Part shown: piece by piece, positions 37,279 to 47,631 of the stretch
Position numbering within the stretch: the first letter of the stretch is position 1
How the letters are laid out: each line of letters opens with the position of its first letter
Assembly: GCA_963667175.2 (NCBI GenBank)
Contig: CAXXXF010000014.1
Span: 32,001 to 96,000 of the forward strand
From: Candidatus Latescibacterota bacterium
GTDB taxonomy: Bacteria > Latescibacterota > UBA2968 > GCA-2709665
Length of the DNA stretch: 64,000 bases
Reading direction: 5' to 3'
Made by a program: the position numbers and the translations under genes
Notes under the pieces: generated by a model
Told to the model about the DNA's origin: nothing
Database searches by the model: none
Seen by the model: only the letters and a program-made list of their open reading frames with translations

Positions 37279-39080
37279 TGAAAGGGCGTGCAATCGGACT
37301 GGGAAGCTGGAATCAAGGACGTCTTTCTTCATTGCGACGCCTCGTTCGGACGATTTTCGCGTTCGATTGCAGTGTGGCGATAAGCCTGCTTGTGCTGAAC
37401 GGTTCACGGGGCCTGGTCTCCGCTGCTCAAGTAGTTCTCTTGTGTCGGTTCATCGATGCCGCGACGGCTGTAGTACGGAGCGAGATCCAATTTGCCGAGG
37501 CCATCCTGTGGGCGGTAGCACTTGTTGGGTTGAACCTGGTTGGATACGGAATAGGCCTGATCTCCGATACCACGGCCCACCACTTTCAAGAGGGTCTCCG
37601 CGGCCATATTGAGGAGCAATGCTATCGAAAGGCCCAAACACTTCCCCTGGCGCAACTGGAAACGGCGGCATTTCACGACCAACTGCAACGCGCGCGGCGC
37701 GGCATTGAGCGGCGGCTATTCAGCACACTGACTTTTATGTGGCGAAGCGTGAGCGACGTCGTAGCTCTTGTGTCCCTCCTGTCTTACCTGGCGAGTTTCC
37801 ACTGGGTGCTGCCACTTATCCTGATCATTGGAACGAGTCCCGGCGTATTCCTTCGCGAACGCGTCAACAGGGCGCGTTATCTTACCGTCCGAGACCTTAC
37901 GCCCGACGAGCGAAAATTTGAAATCTACCAAAGGATATTGTCGGGTCGCGAAGCAGCGGCCGAAGTCCGGATGTTCGCCTTCGGCGCCTGGCTCATCAAC
38001 CGTGCCGACGCGCTGTGGGAAAAGCTTTCCCGAAGGCGAATGCGCCTCGCGAAGAAAGAGGCGAAGCTCGGACTCGTATCGGATGGTCTGAACACTGTAA
38101 CCTATATCGCAGCGGTGACGTTCAGTCTCGGACTCCTCTTTGCAGGTCGCGCGACAATCGGAGCGTATGCCGCCTTCTTTTATGCGATCGAGCAACTTCA
38201 GAGCCACTACCGCAGTCTCGTCTGGGGCGCATCGATCATCTACAATGACCTGCGCTACGTCCAGGACTATTTCGAATTTGTTGATTGCTCAACTGAAGAA
38301 TCGCCAAAAACGCGTCGCTTGTCACGCGCGCTGCGTTCTGGAATAGTCTTGGAGGACGTCTCGTTTATTTACCCGGGAAACGATATTCCGGCGCTTTCCA
38401 ATCTCAATCTCACCATTCGTCCGGGCGAACGCATTGCCGTCGTCGGCGAGAACGGCGCCGGCAAGAGCACGCTGGTGAAGCTGATTCTGGGCCTGTTTGA
38501 CCCGACTGCCGGGCGGATTCTTGTCGACGGGGTCGATCTGCGGGAAGTCGCGCCAGACGAATGGCTCCGGCGCACGGGTGTTGTGTTTCAGGATTACAAC
38601 CGGTATGAACTCACAGCGCGGGAGAATATAGCCTGCGGTTGGATGGAGGCGGAAGCAGGCGCGGTTGAAGACGAGGCGGCGAAGAGCGGTGCTTATCAAG
38701 TGGTTGAAACCCTGCCTCATGGGTTGGATACCCCGCTCGGCAAGACCTATCGACGTGGCAGCGAACTCTCCATTGGCCAGTGGCAGAAGCTTGCAATAGC
38801 CCGTGCATATATGCGCCCGGCAGAAGTCCTGATTCTCGATGAGCCGGCCTCCGCACTCGACGCAAAGGCGGAGGCCGACGTATACACTCACTTTGCCCGG
38901 ATTGCTGAAAAACGCACCGTCATCCTGATCTCGCATCGCCTCGGATCCTGCAGACTCGCCGACCGGATCCTGCTGTTGGGAGACGGTAAAATCGTCGAAG
39001 AAGGCAGTCATCGGGAACTCCTGGCGATGAACGGCCAGTACGCTGAATTGTACCGGAATCAGGCTCGATGGTATCGGTAG
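37275..39080 (+). CDS. ABC exporter, fused permease/ATPase (probable heterodimer partner)
   Basis: TM domain plus GENGAGKS, LSIGQWQKLAIAR, LDEPA and ISHR. Overlaps the upstream stop. Confidence 0.9.
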   Translation: MMKGRAIGLGSWNQGRLSSLRRLVRTIFAFDCSVAISLLVLNGSRGLVSAAQVVLLCRFIDAATAVVRSEIQFAEAILWAVALVGLNLVGYGIGLISDTTAHHFQEGLRGHIEEQCYRKAQTLPLAQLETAAFHDQLQRARRGIERRLFSTLTFMWRSVSDVVALVSLLSYLASFHWVLPLILIIGTSPGVFLRERVNRARYLTVRDLTPDERKFEIYQRILSGREAAAEVRMFAFGAWLINRADALWEKLSRRRMRLAKKEAKLGLVSDGLNTVTYIAAVTFSLGLLFAGRATIGAYAAFFYAIEQLQSHYRSLVWGASIIYNDLRYVQDYFEFVDCSTEESPKTRRLSRALRSGIVLEDVSFIYPGNDIPALSNLNLTIRPGERIAVVGENGAGKSTLVKLILGLFDPTAGRILVDGVDLREVAPDEWLRRTGVVFQDYNRYELTARENIACGWMEAEAGAVEDEAAKSGAYQVVETLPHGLDTPLGKTYRRGSELSIGQWQKLAIARAYMRPAEVLILDEPASALDAKAEADVYTHFARIAEKRTVILISHRLGSCRLADRILLLGDGKIVEEGSHRELLAMNGQYAELYRNQARWYR

Positions 39081-39300
39081 TCTGATCGAAGATCATTCCT
39101 TGAATTGTGTTGCCACCGTCCAGAGGCGCCCGGAATCGCAACGGCATTCAACTGACGTGAAACCAACACGAGCAGGGTTTTCGTAACTTACCTGAGTCAA
39201 AATCCACACGCAAAAGTCCGGATCCAAAGCCTTGAGACTGTCACATTTGAAGCTGGATTTGGAAAGCAGACTTGATCAGTGTACGTGGCCGGCGAGGAAT

Positions 39301-40972
39301 TCACGGCAAGAGGCGACAGATATCGCCGGACTCAGAATTGGCCTGGCCCGAGAGCGCAGCCAGACCGACGTGGAAAACTCCGTCCATCAATTCAAGGGAG
39401 TACGGGAGAGCGCCCACGTCGAACTGTGCCACCTTTGACCACTCCCTCAGGTCCCGAGACCGGTACACGCAGCCGTGGTAAACGGCTTCTTCTTTGCGAC
39501 ACGCGAGGACATAGCAAACATCATCTCGTACCAATATGTCCTGAACCCAGTCATGCAGGAATTGTTGAACTACAACTGCACCCTTCTTTAGATCCGACAG
39601 GAAATATAGCGGTTTCGGCGCCGGTTCTTCCTTCCATCGCATGTACGTATAAAGTACGCCATTCAGGAACGGCGTTACCCGATGAGGTATTTGTCGGTCT
39701 TTCTCCAGGCCTGGAAATTGAGGGATTACTAACCTATCAAGTTTAATATTATTAAAGAGATAGAGGTACTCTTGGCCAGGCGTCACGATCAGACCCTGTT
39801 CAAGTGCCGCCATCTCGATATAACGGCCATCGCTGAATTCATCAACATTGTCGTGACTGAATCGTCTCCATGTTTTTCCCCAATCACTCGATTCGTACAA
39901 CGCTGCCCCCAATTCGGTGTCAGCAGTAACATAAGAGCTTTTGGGCGAAGTAGGCTGCGTCAAACACGTGGACAGCATCTGGAATCGTCCGTTGCTTGCG
40001 CCATTTTCCATTTTCCTTAATGTAGATATTGCCGAAGTTCCAGGACTCAGTGGCGTCTATACCGGGCACGACGAGTCGTCCAGCGCACGTCCGGAAGCGA
40101 TCTACTGACTCGTCATCGACGGTGATTTCATGCTGGAATTGATATTTCGAACGGCTGATCCCCCCTGCAAACGACCATACAGATACCGGCCCCTGATTGT
40201 TAATCCAGTCACCACCGCCAACGTATATGCGTCCGGCGAAATGATGCAAATCCCAGACGCTGCGAGCGAAACTATGTAGCGTATCGTCCTTTGGATAACT
40301 GATACGGTTCGGATTACCGACAACTCGTAACCGGCTGAATCCGGGTCCTGTTGTATCAGCGACTGACTTCATGATATATTGGCGTCCTCGATGAATCCCG
40401 AGGAAAATAGTCGGCGCATACGGTTTCTCACCTTCTACCTCCGGCAAATACCAAATCTCGTGCATCGTCCCCTGAGGATCGATAATTCGTGGTCTCCCAA
40501 TGAGGACACCCTCGAGTCCGGTGACTGGAATAGTAAACTTCATCGAACTGATACGAAGAGGCATCTGGCTTGTGAAGACCAGGTCTTCTGACGGCGACCG
40601 ACGGAAAACGTCGAGACGTAGCGAGTAATTCGGCTGCTCTGAATCGCTGATCCCTGCCTGTTTCGACAAGACTGAGTCGATTTGTCCTGCCAATAGCGGA
40701 TCGAGTTCAGAAAATGGCCAAAAGCCTACGGTGACGTCCAGGGAATCAACGTCAAAGGCATGATGAGGATGGGCCTTGAGATAAACGAGCTCTTTGAATC
40801 CTTCCGTGAGTCTAATGCGACTCAATCCGCTAACGTGCGTTTTACTTTGTGTATTGCGTACCTCATCGGATGCAGGTAAATTCGCGGGTACGATTACCTG
40901 ATAACAAATTAGCACGTTCAGAGCCAGAATTTGTGATCGCATTTTCGCAAAACCCGGCATCTTATTAAACAA
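39301..40972 (-). pseudogene. Frameshifted secreted protein with Asp-box/beta-propeller C-terminus
   Basis: ORFs 39920-40972 and 39301-40011 join into one frame (...FAQKL/YVTADTELGAALYESSDWGKTW) if one base at 39933-39934 is removed. Confidence 0.65.
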
Positions 40973-41040
40973 ACCGCGGTTGTTAACGGGATTCGGATGC
41001 TACAACGAATATATATCGAAACGACACCCAGACCAAGGAC

Positions 41041-41442
41041 ATGACCATCGCAGACAACAGGTCGGCCATTGAATCGGAACTCGTCAGGGAGTTTGTCGCG
41101 TGCGCCCATGGCGACTTCGACCGCGTCAGGGAATTGCTCGGCAAGGAGCCTGCTCTGGTCAATGCGTGCTGGGATTGGGGCGGAGGCGACTGGGAGACGG
41201 GCCTTGGGGCGGCAGCTCATGTCGGCCACAAGGAAATCGCCGCGTATCTGCTGGACAGGGGCGCGCGGATCGACGTGTTTGCCGCCGCGATGCTGGGCAA
41301 ACTCGACGTCGTCCGGGCGGCGGTCGCGGACGATCCGGCGGTCGTAGACGTTAAGGGGCCGCACGGGATTCCACTGATCGTGCATGCCAGGAACGGAGGC
41401 GCGGAGGCGGTCGAGGTCGTGAAATATCTCGAGTCGATATGA
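41041..41442 (+). CDS. Ankyrin-repeat protein
   Basis: AHGDFDRVRELL, ETGLGAAAHVG..IAAYLLDRGA, GPHGIPLIVHA. Confidence 0.85.
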   Translation: MTIADNRSAIESELVREFVACAHGDFDRVRELLGKEPALVNACWDWGGGDWETGLGAAAHVGHKEIAAYLLDRGARIDVFAAAMLGKLDVVRAAVADDPAVVDVKGPHGIPLIVHARNGGAEAVEVVKYLESI

Positions 41443-41541
41443 CAGAAAGCCGGGACAAGATACGGTCGGGCGCCAACTCGCTCCGCAGGACCTGACAATT
41501 CGAACGGTTTGTCTTCGACGCTTCAGAAAGGAGCACCCCGA

Positions 41542-42114
41542 ATGAAAAGAGTCACGTTCGCCCTGCCAATACTGCTCGCGATCGCCGCATTTTCGGTTTT
41601 TGCAGGTGACGACGGTGGTGCGCCCGAAGGAAAAGGCGACTCGCATGCCGCGCCAGCTGCCGGTTCGGCGGAGTTCGAGCGACTGAAAGCGCTGGTCGGA
41701 CGCTGGGAGTCCGAGATGCCGAAGCCCGGCGGCGGTTCCGAAGCCGGGAAGGGCGCGATGACTACGGTTGCAACGGAGTACCGGCTTGCGGCCAACGGCA
41801 GTGTCATCGTGGAGCGCAACTTCCCGGATACGCCGATGGAGATGATTTCCGTGTACCACGACCGGCGCGGCAAGCTGTGGATGACCCACTATTGCGCGAA
41901 GGGCAATCAGCCGCAGATGCGTCTGACGGGCTCAACCGACAGCGTGATCACGATGGCGCTGGTGGAGGGCTCCCTCGATTCGCCCGACGAGGCGCACATG
42001 CACTCCGTCTCGATTGCGTTTGACGGTGAGGACACGATGTCCCAGACCTGGACGATGGTTGAGGGCGGCAAGGAGACGATGGCTCACACCATGACCTACC
42101 GTCGCGTGCGATAG
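41542..42114 (+). CDS. Secreted hypothetical protein
   Basis: AAGGAG RBS and signal peptide. FERLKALVGRW, EMISVYH and MTHYCAKGNQP look like a conserved family. Confidence 0.75.
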   Translation: MKRVTFALPILLAIAAFSVFAGDDGGAPEGKGDSHAAPAAGSAEFERLKALVGRWESEMPKPGGGSEAGKGAMTTVATEYRLAANGSVIVERNFPDTPMEMISVYHDRRGKLWMTHYCAKGNQPQMRLTGSTDSVITMALVEGSLDSPDEAHMHSVSIAFDGEDTMSQTWTMVEGGKETMAHTMTYRRVR

Positions 42115-42118
42115 GCAC

Positions 42119-43519
42119 TCAATCCACGAGGCCGCAGGCTGCCGCCGACAGGATGTCGTAATAGTGCACGTAAGTCAGCCCGTCGATGACGATGCGGTCG
42201 TTTGCGGGCAGTTCCTCTTCCCAGGTCATCGCTTCGCCCCAGTTGTGCGGCGGGACGTCGCTCTTGCCCCAGCGGCTACCGTTGTATCGTCGGAACAGCA
42301 CCGTGCGTCCCGCGCGGGTGATATATGCCACTACCAGGCAGTCTCGCTCAGTGGCGTTTTTCTCGAGGTCAAAGACCCGCAAACAGGTGAACTGACGCCC
42401 GCCGACGTGGACGTCGAACACGCCAGCGCCTGTGAAGGCGGGGGCATCCGGCCCTCTGACCCAGGTGCCATCGGCCCGTTCGGACAAACATCCGCAGTCC
42501 TCGACGATGCGCCTTGAGCCCCACCAGTCGTCGTGGAATCTGTCGTCCAGAAAAGTTTCCAGTTCTCTCACGCCGTCGGCCTCTTCCCTTTCCACGGCGA
42601 TCCACTCCACCTCGTCATCAGCCAAATGCCCCCATATCCTTTTGATGCGGCTCCTTTCCTTGAGTGGCTTCTTCCGGAAACTCATCTTCTCGACCTCCAC
42701 CTCCTCGACATCCACTTCGACACAGGGTCGTCCGTGGATCACCGCCGTCCGGCCCGCGGCCAGCCAGATCGTTTCGGTCAGACGCCAGGGCGCGTCGCTG
42801 TCCTTTCCGCCGTCATAATAACCACAGCCAACGCGATCGCCGATTTCCGGCTTTACGAACCACCATGCCATTTCCGTGAAATCGATCCGTATGGACTTCT
42901 CCGCGCTGGAGTGAATGCTAATCTCCGGGCGATGTCGCGGAAAGTCTTGTTGTCTTGCTTTCATGTCAATCTTCCTCTTCGTTGGGGTGATTCCCAATGC
43001 CCTCCGGATATGGTCGCGTCCGTGCGAAAGCCGGCGTTTGACCGTGCCATCGGGACTGCGGTGGCGGGCGGCGATTTCGGCGATGCTCAGACCGTCCAGA
43101 TAAAATGCCTTCAGGGCGGCGCGCTCGCGTTCAGGTACCTCGTCCATGGCTTCCAGGATAGCCGTGGCGGCCTCCCGCTCCCGTGACTGCGCAAGCCCGC
43201 TGCGGTTGACCAGCGGCGTCAGGATTTCGCTCCTGACGTACAGTTCGCGGCGTTGGGGCGATCTGAAGTAATCGCGGCAGCGGTTACGGGCCACCTGCAG
43301 CAGCCACGGACGCACGTCGCGCGGCGTCATCCGACGCAACCCCATCCAGGCGTGAACCAGGGTCTCCTGCAGCACGTCCTGAATGTGATCGCCGGACCCG
43401 GTCCGGGAGCGGATCAGGCCTGCGAGCACGCGCTCGTAGCGCCGGATCAGGGTAACGAAAGCGGCTTCGCTGCCCTGCTGAACCTGTTTCGCCAATAGTT
43501 GGTCGTATGGATCGGTCAT
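42119..43519 (-). CDS. ECF sigma-70 factor with a ~280-aa C-terminal extension
   Basis: Region 2 (DVLQETLVHAW, WLLQVARN) and region 4 (FYLDGLSIAEIA..GTVKRRLSHGR). Confidence 0.88.
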   Translation of the reverse strand: MTDPYDQLLAKQVQQGSEAAFVTLIRRYERVLAGLIRSRTGSGDHIQDVLQETLVHAWMGLRRMTPRDVRPWLLQVARNRCRDYFRSPQRRELYVRSEILTPLVNRSGLAQSREREAATAILEAMDEVPERERAALKAFYLDGLSIAEIAARHRSPDGTVKRRLSHGRDHIRRALGITPTKRKIDMKARQQDFPRHRPEISIHSSAEKSIRIDFTEMAWWFVKPEIGDRVGCGYYDGGKDSDAPWRLTETIWLAAGRTAVIHGRPCVEVDVEEVEVEKMSFRKKPLKERSRIKRIWGHLADDEVEWIAVEREEADGVRELETFLDDRFHDDWWGSRRIVEDCGCLSERADGTWVRGPDAPAFTGAGVFDVHVGGRQFTCLRVFDLEKNATERDCLVVAYITRAGRTVLFRRYNGSRWGKSDVPPHNWGEAMTWEEELPANDRIVIDGLTYVHYYDILSAAACGLVD

Positions 43520-43704
43520 TTGATCACGTGTCCTTTGCCCTACAAGGCGCGACGTAGCGGGCAAAGGTTCACTCTGGTCTGCTGTCCCGGAAACAGGATG
43601 ACTGATTTCCGCTGATCGGCGAGCCGTTTTTTCACCCTGCTCGACTGCTGGTCGCGCGTTCCGGTACGGACGCAGTTCGGCAGGAGAAAAATAAGAGGAG
43701 CGAA

Positions 43705-44415
43705 ATGAGAACCACGTTCAGGATGCAGAGGACGTCCGTCGCGGCTGCCGTGCTACTCTTCTCGAATTGCTCGGCGGACGTCGACGTTGCCAGAGATGGA
43801 ACTACCATGCCCCGGGACTTCGTGGTGGTCAACGACGAAATACCGTCCCTCGTCTTCGATATCCGGTATAATACGAAAGAGAATTTCCTGGGAACGAAGG
43901 TGCGAGGATACGAAAGCGCGAAATGCCTGCTCACACGGCCGGCTGCCGAAGCCCTCAGGAAAGTTCAGAAGGACGTGACCGCGGAGGGATACACGTTGAA
44001 GATATTCGACTGCTACCGCCCCCAGCAGGCCGTGGACCACTTTGTCGAGTGGGTCAACGATCCGAATGATCGCAGGATGAAAGCGCAGTACTTTCCCCAC
44101 GAAGACAAATCCCGACTCATAGAAAATGGATATATCGCGGACCGTTCGGGCCACAGCAGGGGCAGCACGCTGGATCTGACCCTGGTGGAGCGTAAGGGTT
44201 CAATGGAATTGGACATGGGCACGCCTTTCGATTACTTCGACACACTGTCCAATACCGCGGACCCCCGGATCACCGAAAAGCAGAAACGCAACCGGCAGCG
44301 ATTGCAGACGTTTATGGAAGCGCACGGTTTTGTGAATTACGACAAGGAATGGTGGCATTACACGCTTGAAAATGAACCCTTCCGGGACACGTACTTTGAT
44401 TTTCCGATCGAATAG
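43705..44415 (+). CDS. D-alanyl-D-alanine dipeptidase (VanX/DdpX, M15D)
   Basis: DIRY..NFLG, FDCYRPQ, SGHSRGSTLDLTL, DMGTPFD and EWWHY motifs. Confidence 0.92.
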   Translation: MRTTFRMQRTSVAAAVLLFSNCSADVDVARDGTTMPRDFVVVNDEIPSLVFDIRYNTKENFLGTKVRGYESAKCLLTRPAAEALRKVQKDVTAEGYTLKIFDCYRPQQAVDHFVEWVNDPNDRRMKAQYFPHEDKSRLIENGYIADRSGHSRGSTLDLTLVERKGSMELDMGTPFDYFDTLSNTADPRITEKQKRNRQRLQTFMEAHGFVNYDKEWWHYTLENEPFRDTYFDFPIE

Positions 44416-44432
44416 CCGAAGGGAGAACTTCG

Positions 44433-44936
44433 ATGGAACACGTTGACGGAGCCGCTGCGACAGGTCAACCGGACGCGCCGAACCGGCGATCGTGGGACTA
44501 CTGGAAACTGCCGGTGTGGTTCGGCCTGGGATTCTGCATTCTCCAGATACTGATCGCGGTCATTCGCTTCGGTACGATGCCCGCCGCCAACCCGTATGGG
44601 CTGCTCTATGCGATCCCGAGCATCGTGTCCGGCTTGGTCCTCTTCTTCGTGGCCGGCCTGCTGATCGGACTGCTGGCACAGCGCCTGTTGAGGGGCATTG
44701 TCGGACGAGGGCGCGTGTGGCTGCTGGTCGGATTGGCGGTAGCGACACCGCTCGCGGTTCTGTTCAGCCTCGTTGGCGGACTGCTCGGCCCGCATATGGT
44801 GGTCGTCTACGCACTCGTTCCGTTTCTGGTCCTTGTGGGCATCCCGATGCTGATCCATGCGATCTGGCGCCGTTTTCGAAACTCCGGAACGACCGAATCG
44901 AATCAAACGCCTGGACCGGAAGAAGATGGCGCCTGA
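44433..44936 (+). CDS. Hypothetical membrane protein (about 4 TM)
   Basis: GGGAGA RBS and four hydrophobic segments. Confidence 0.7.
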   Translation: MEHVDGAAATGQPDAPNRRSWDYWKLPVWFGLGFCILQILIAVIRFGTMPAANPYGLLYAIPSIVSGLVLFFVAGLLIGLLAQRLLRGIVGRGRVWLLVGLAVATPLAVLFSLVGGLLGPHMVVVYALVPFLVLVGIPMLIHAIWRRFRNSGTTESNQTPGPEEDGA

Positions 44937-45116
44937 CCTCCGTCAGGATAGAAAACAGGCATAGGGTCCGTTCGAAAGCGCGCTGACCGGCTCGCGCTGT
45001 GTACGGCGCTTTCGAAACACAAAACGCGCCGCCAGCCGGTTTTTCGGGAGCAGCGCGCCGTTTCTTTCAAGGTTAATCGGCAATTTGACGGAAATCGCCG
45101 GCCGGACGCCGGCCGA

Positions 45117-45572
45117 TCATTGTCCGGAATCGTCGTAGAAGCGCTTGAGGTTCACGTCGTGCTCCAGGCGCGCTTTCAGGCTCGCGAAGAAATGGGTCCA
45201 GCCCGAGCACTGATCGAAGGCGCTGTCGATGCCCGCCTGATCGGGTCGCCAACCGGACTCGCTCACCAAAATCCTCGTCCCGCCGTTCAGCGTTTCGAAG
45301 TCGAATACGAACCGCGTCCGGTAACCGACGTCGTTGGATGCCGGCCAGCTACAGACGATCTTCCGCGCCGGAATCACTTCCTCCACAACGACGTCCACCT
45401 CGACGTCGCCGAATCGCCAGAAGACCGTCTTCCCGGCTTCCAGCCCGGCGCTTGCGTCGTCGGTGAAGAATGTACTGATCGATGCCCGGTCGGTGATGGC
45501 CGTGAAGACCTCGTCAACGGGACGGTCGATGATACAGTGAAACGAAAACGACAGCTCTTGACGATTGTCCAT
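45117..45572 (-). CDS. SRPBCC/AHSA1 family protein
   Basis: IDRPVDEVFTAITD, GTRILVSESGW and GWTHFFASLKARLE motifs. Confidence 0.85.
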   Translation of the reverse strand: MDNRQELSFSFHCIIDRPVDEVFTAITDRASISTFFTDDASAGLEAGKTVFWRFGDVEVDVVVEEVIPARKIVCSWPASNDVGYRTRFVFDFETLNGGTRILVSESGWRPDQAGIDSAFDQCSGWTHFFASLKARLEHDVNLKRFYDDSGQ

Positions 45573-45657
45573 GCGCGGGCGATCCATACGAATTGTACTG
45601 TCGATTTACCTTCGTGACAGGGGGAACCGTGACCGATACGTTTGGGGACCGCGCGGT

Positions 45658-46053
45658 CTACTGCGTATCTCGTGGCTTCTCCGCCATCAGAGCCATGAGA
45701 TTCATCTCGGAGTCCCGAAAAAAGGCCATCCACAGCTCATGGTCTGGCATATCGGCAATCTTGTGGGGTCCGCTGTCGAACGAAATGCCTCGCGACCGAA
45801 ACGCGTCATGCGTGCCTTCAAGGTCGTCCACCTTGTAATAAATCACAGATGCGTTTACATCCGACGATTCATCCTCTGAAAGACCCAGCAACAGGCGAAC
45901 ACCCGTACAGTTGAAGAACGCCATCCCGGGAACGCGGAAGAGGAATTGCATTCCCAACTGATCGCGATAGAACTCGACCGCACGGTCGAGGTCCTGAACG
46001 GTCACCGATATCTGACCGATGACCGAAAGGGCTGAGCCGTTGTCCTGAGGCAT
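45658..46053 (-). CDS. VOC/glyoxalase family protein
   Basis: VQDLDRAVEFYRDQLG and AFFRDSEMN motifs. Confidence 0.88.
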   Translation of the reverse strand: MPQDNGSALSVIGQISVTVQDLDRAVEFYRDQLGMQFLFRVPGMAFFNCTGVRLLLGLSEDESSDVNASVIYYKVDDLEGTHDAFRSRGISFDSGPHKIADMPDHELWMAFFRDSEMNLMALMAEKPRDTQ

Positions 46054-46072
46054 GGGGAAACCTCCTTTTTAT

Positions 46073-46530
46073 AAGCCATTAGGCAATAAGCCTTCAGCAG
46101 TCAGCTAAAGGCGGTGAGAGGCTAGAGGTGAGACGGTAGAGGATGTGATTGCCCCGTCCGGTTTCATTTTGTGCCGGAGGCATAAAGGTAGAACCAACCA
46201 GGCAATGATGTCTTCTACCGTCTGCCGGCTCACGTCTCCCCGCTGCTTGGCGACCTCTCCCCCCGGCCTGCCTGCGCCTGCCTTGTCGGCAGACAGGCCG
46301 AGTTCTGCTCGGCAGGCAGGCCCCCTCTCCCGGGGAGCGAGGGGGAGCAAAAGCAGGCGGCGACGTATGCCGAAACCGAAAATGAAATCACACGGAGACA
46401 CAAAGGCACAACGAAATACAAACGGTAATATCCGAAACAGCGGTCAGGCGGGCAACCACAAGGGTTGCCCCTACACAACCCGGCGAGGGCAGGACCTGCC
46501 TGCCGGCAGGCAGGTGCCCTCGATCCCGGG
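46073..46530. repeat. Nested REP/palindrome mosaic
   Basis: Contains GCGGTGAG-type, CCCCTCTCCC, CCTGCCTGC..GCAGGCAGG, CACAAAG and GGGCAACCACAAGGGTTGCCCCTAC units. Confidence 0.8.
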
Positions 46531-46550
46531 AACGTCTCACCCATATCCGA

Positions 46551-47297
46551 TCACAACCTCATCCGCAACGGGTTTCTCGCTGCCATTATCCTGATGAATG
46601 CCAGCGAGTCTGGGTTCGTTCTTTCGGTTTTCTCGGACTCAAGTTTGTCCCAGGCCGCGTCGTCTTCGACGAATTCGCGAAACCGACCGCCGGCGTTCCG
46701 GGTGATCGGGGATCCATGTCCGAAGCACATCTTATCGAATGAACATCCCGCCAACTTGCGAAGGGATTTTCGCGCCAGTGAGAGATCGGCGGCATATTCC
46801 GGGGCGTTGATCCAGATTTCACCGTCCGGAACGCCTCGGTCCCTTCTTCCGCCGCAGACGGCATCCCCCACGATCATCGTGTTCCCGTCTCCCCGCGCCA
46901 GAAACGCGACCTCATCGGGGAAGTAGACTTCCGGAACGTGGATGACTTCAATCCGGTCCCACAGGAGATCTCCGTGCTGAAACGTCTCGTCAATCGTCGC
47001 TTCGGGACATTTCGCTCCGTCGACATGAACAAGGATGTCGCAGCCCCAGCGATCCCTGAAGGCTTCCGATTCGCGCAGGTGGTACTCGCAGGTCAGAAGT
47101 ATATGCGTGGGCCTGCCCATGGCTTCGATCTCGCTCTCTTCTTCGGCGGAAAGTGGAAGCGGGTCGACGAGGACCAGGGCGTCACCGGGATTCGTCCGGA
47201 TGACAAAGCTGTTCCACGGATAGGGCTCGTTTCTGGCCGCGCCATGTATCTCGGACCAGCAGAAAACAGTTGATGAAACCTGCGTCAGCATGATCAT
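46551..47297 (-). CDS. Metallo-beta-lactamase-fold protein (degenerate metal motif)
   Basis: NSFVI..LVDP, THILLTCEYHLR, VGDA and CFGHG motifs. Confidence 0.7.
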   Translation of the reverse strand: MIMLTQVSSTVFCWSEIHGAARNEPYPWNSFVIRTNPGDALVLVDPLPLSAEEESEIEAMGRPTHILLTCEYHLRESEAFRDRWGCDILVHVDGAKCPEATIDETFQHGDLLWDRIEVIHVPEVYFPDEVAFLARGDGNTMIVGDAVCGGRRDRGVPDGEIWINAPEYAADLSLARKSLRKLAGCSFDKMCFGHGSPITRNAGGRFREFVEDDAAWDKLESEKTERTNPDSLAFIRIMAARNPLRMRL

Positions 47298-47631
47298 CGG
47301 CTCCACAGAAGCGGTGAGACGGGAGACGGGAGAGGATAACCCCGCGTCGACACGATATCGATATGGCACGACGGTATCAATTCATCAATTGGCGAGGGCC
47401 TGTGTCTTTTAGGGGCGGTTCGCGAATCGCCCGATATGTGGTTCCGCGCCGAGCGGCGCCAGCGATCGCGTGTCAGTGGAAAGCCGGCGGCTACCTTGTT
47501 GTATCCGAAACAAAATGCAATGCTATCGCGTCGTACTTCTGCGTGTGCGCCGGACCTGAATACCTCAGGAACGCCCTTCGACGTCGTAAACACATCCGGG
47601 TCATTTCAATTTCATTATACGGAGGTCTCCC

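Noticed and set aside
35149-41040. Intact prophage or integrative element at tRNA-Glu
   Set aside because: No integrase, phage genes or duplicated tRNA 3' end found by eye.
43705-44415. Vancomycin resistance cluster
   Set aside because: The VanX-like gene is alone; no vanH, vanA or vanRS. More likely a DdpX-type recycling enzyme.
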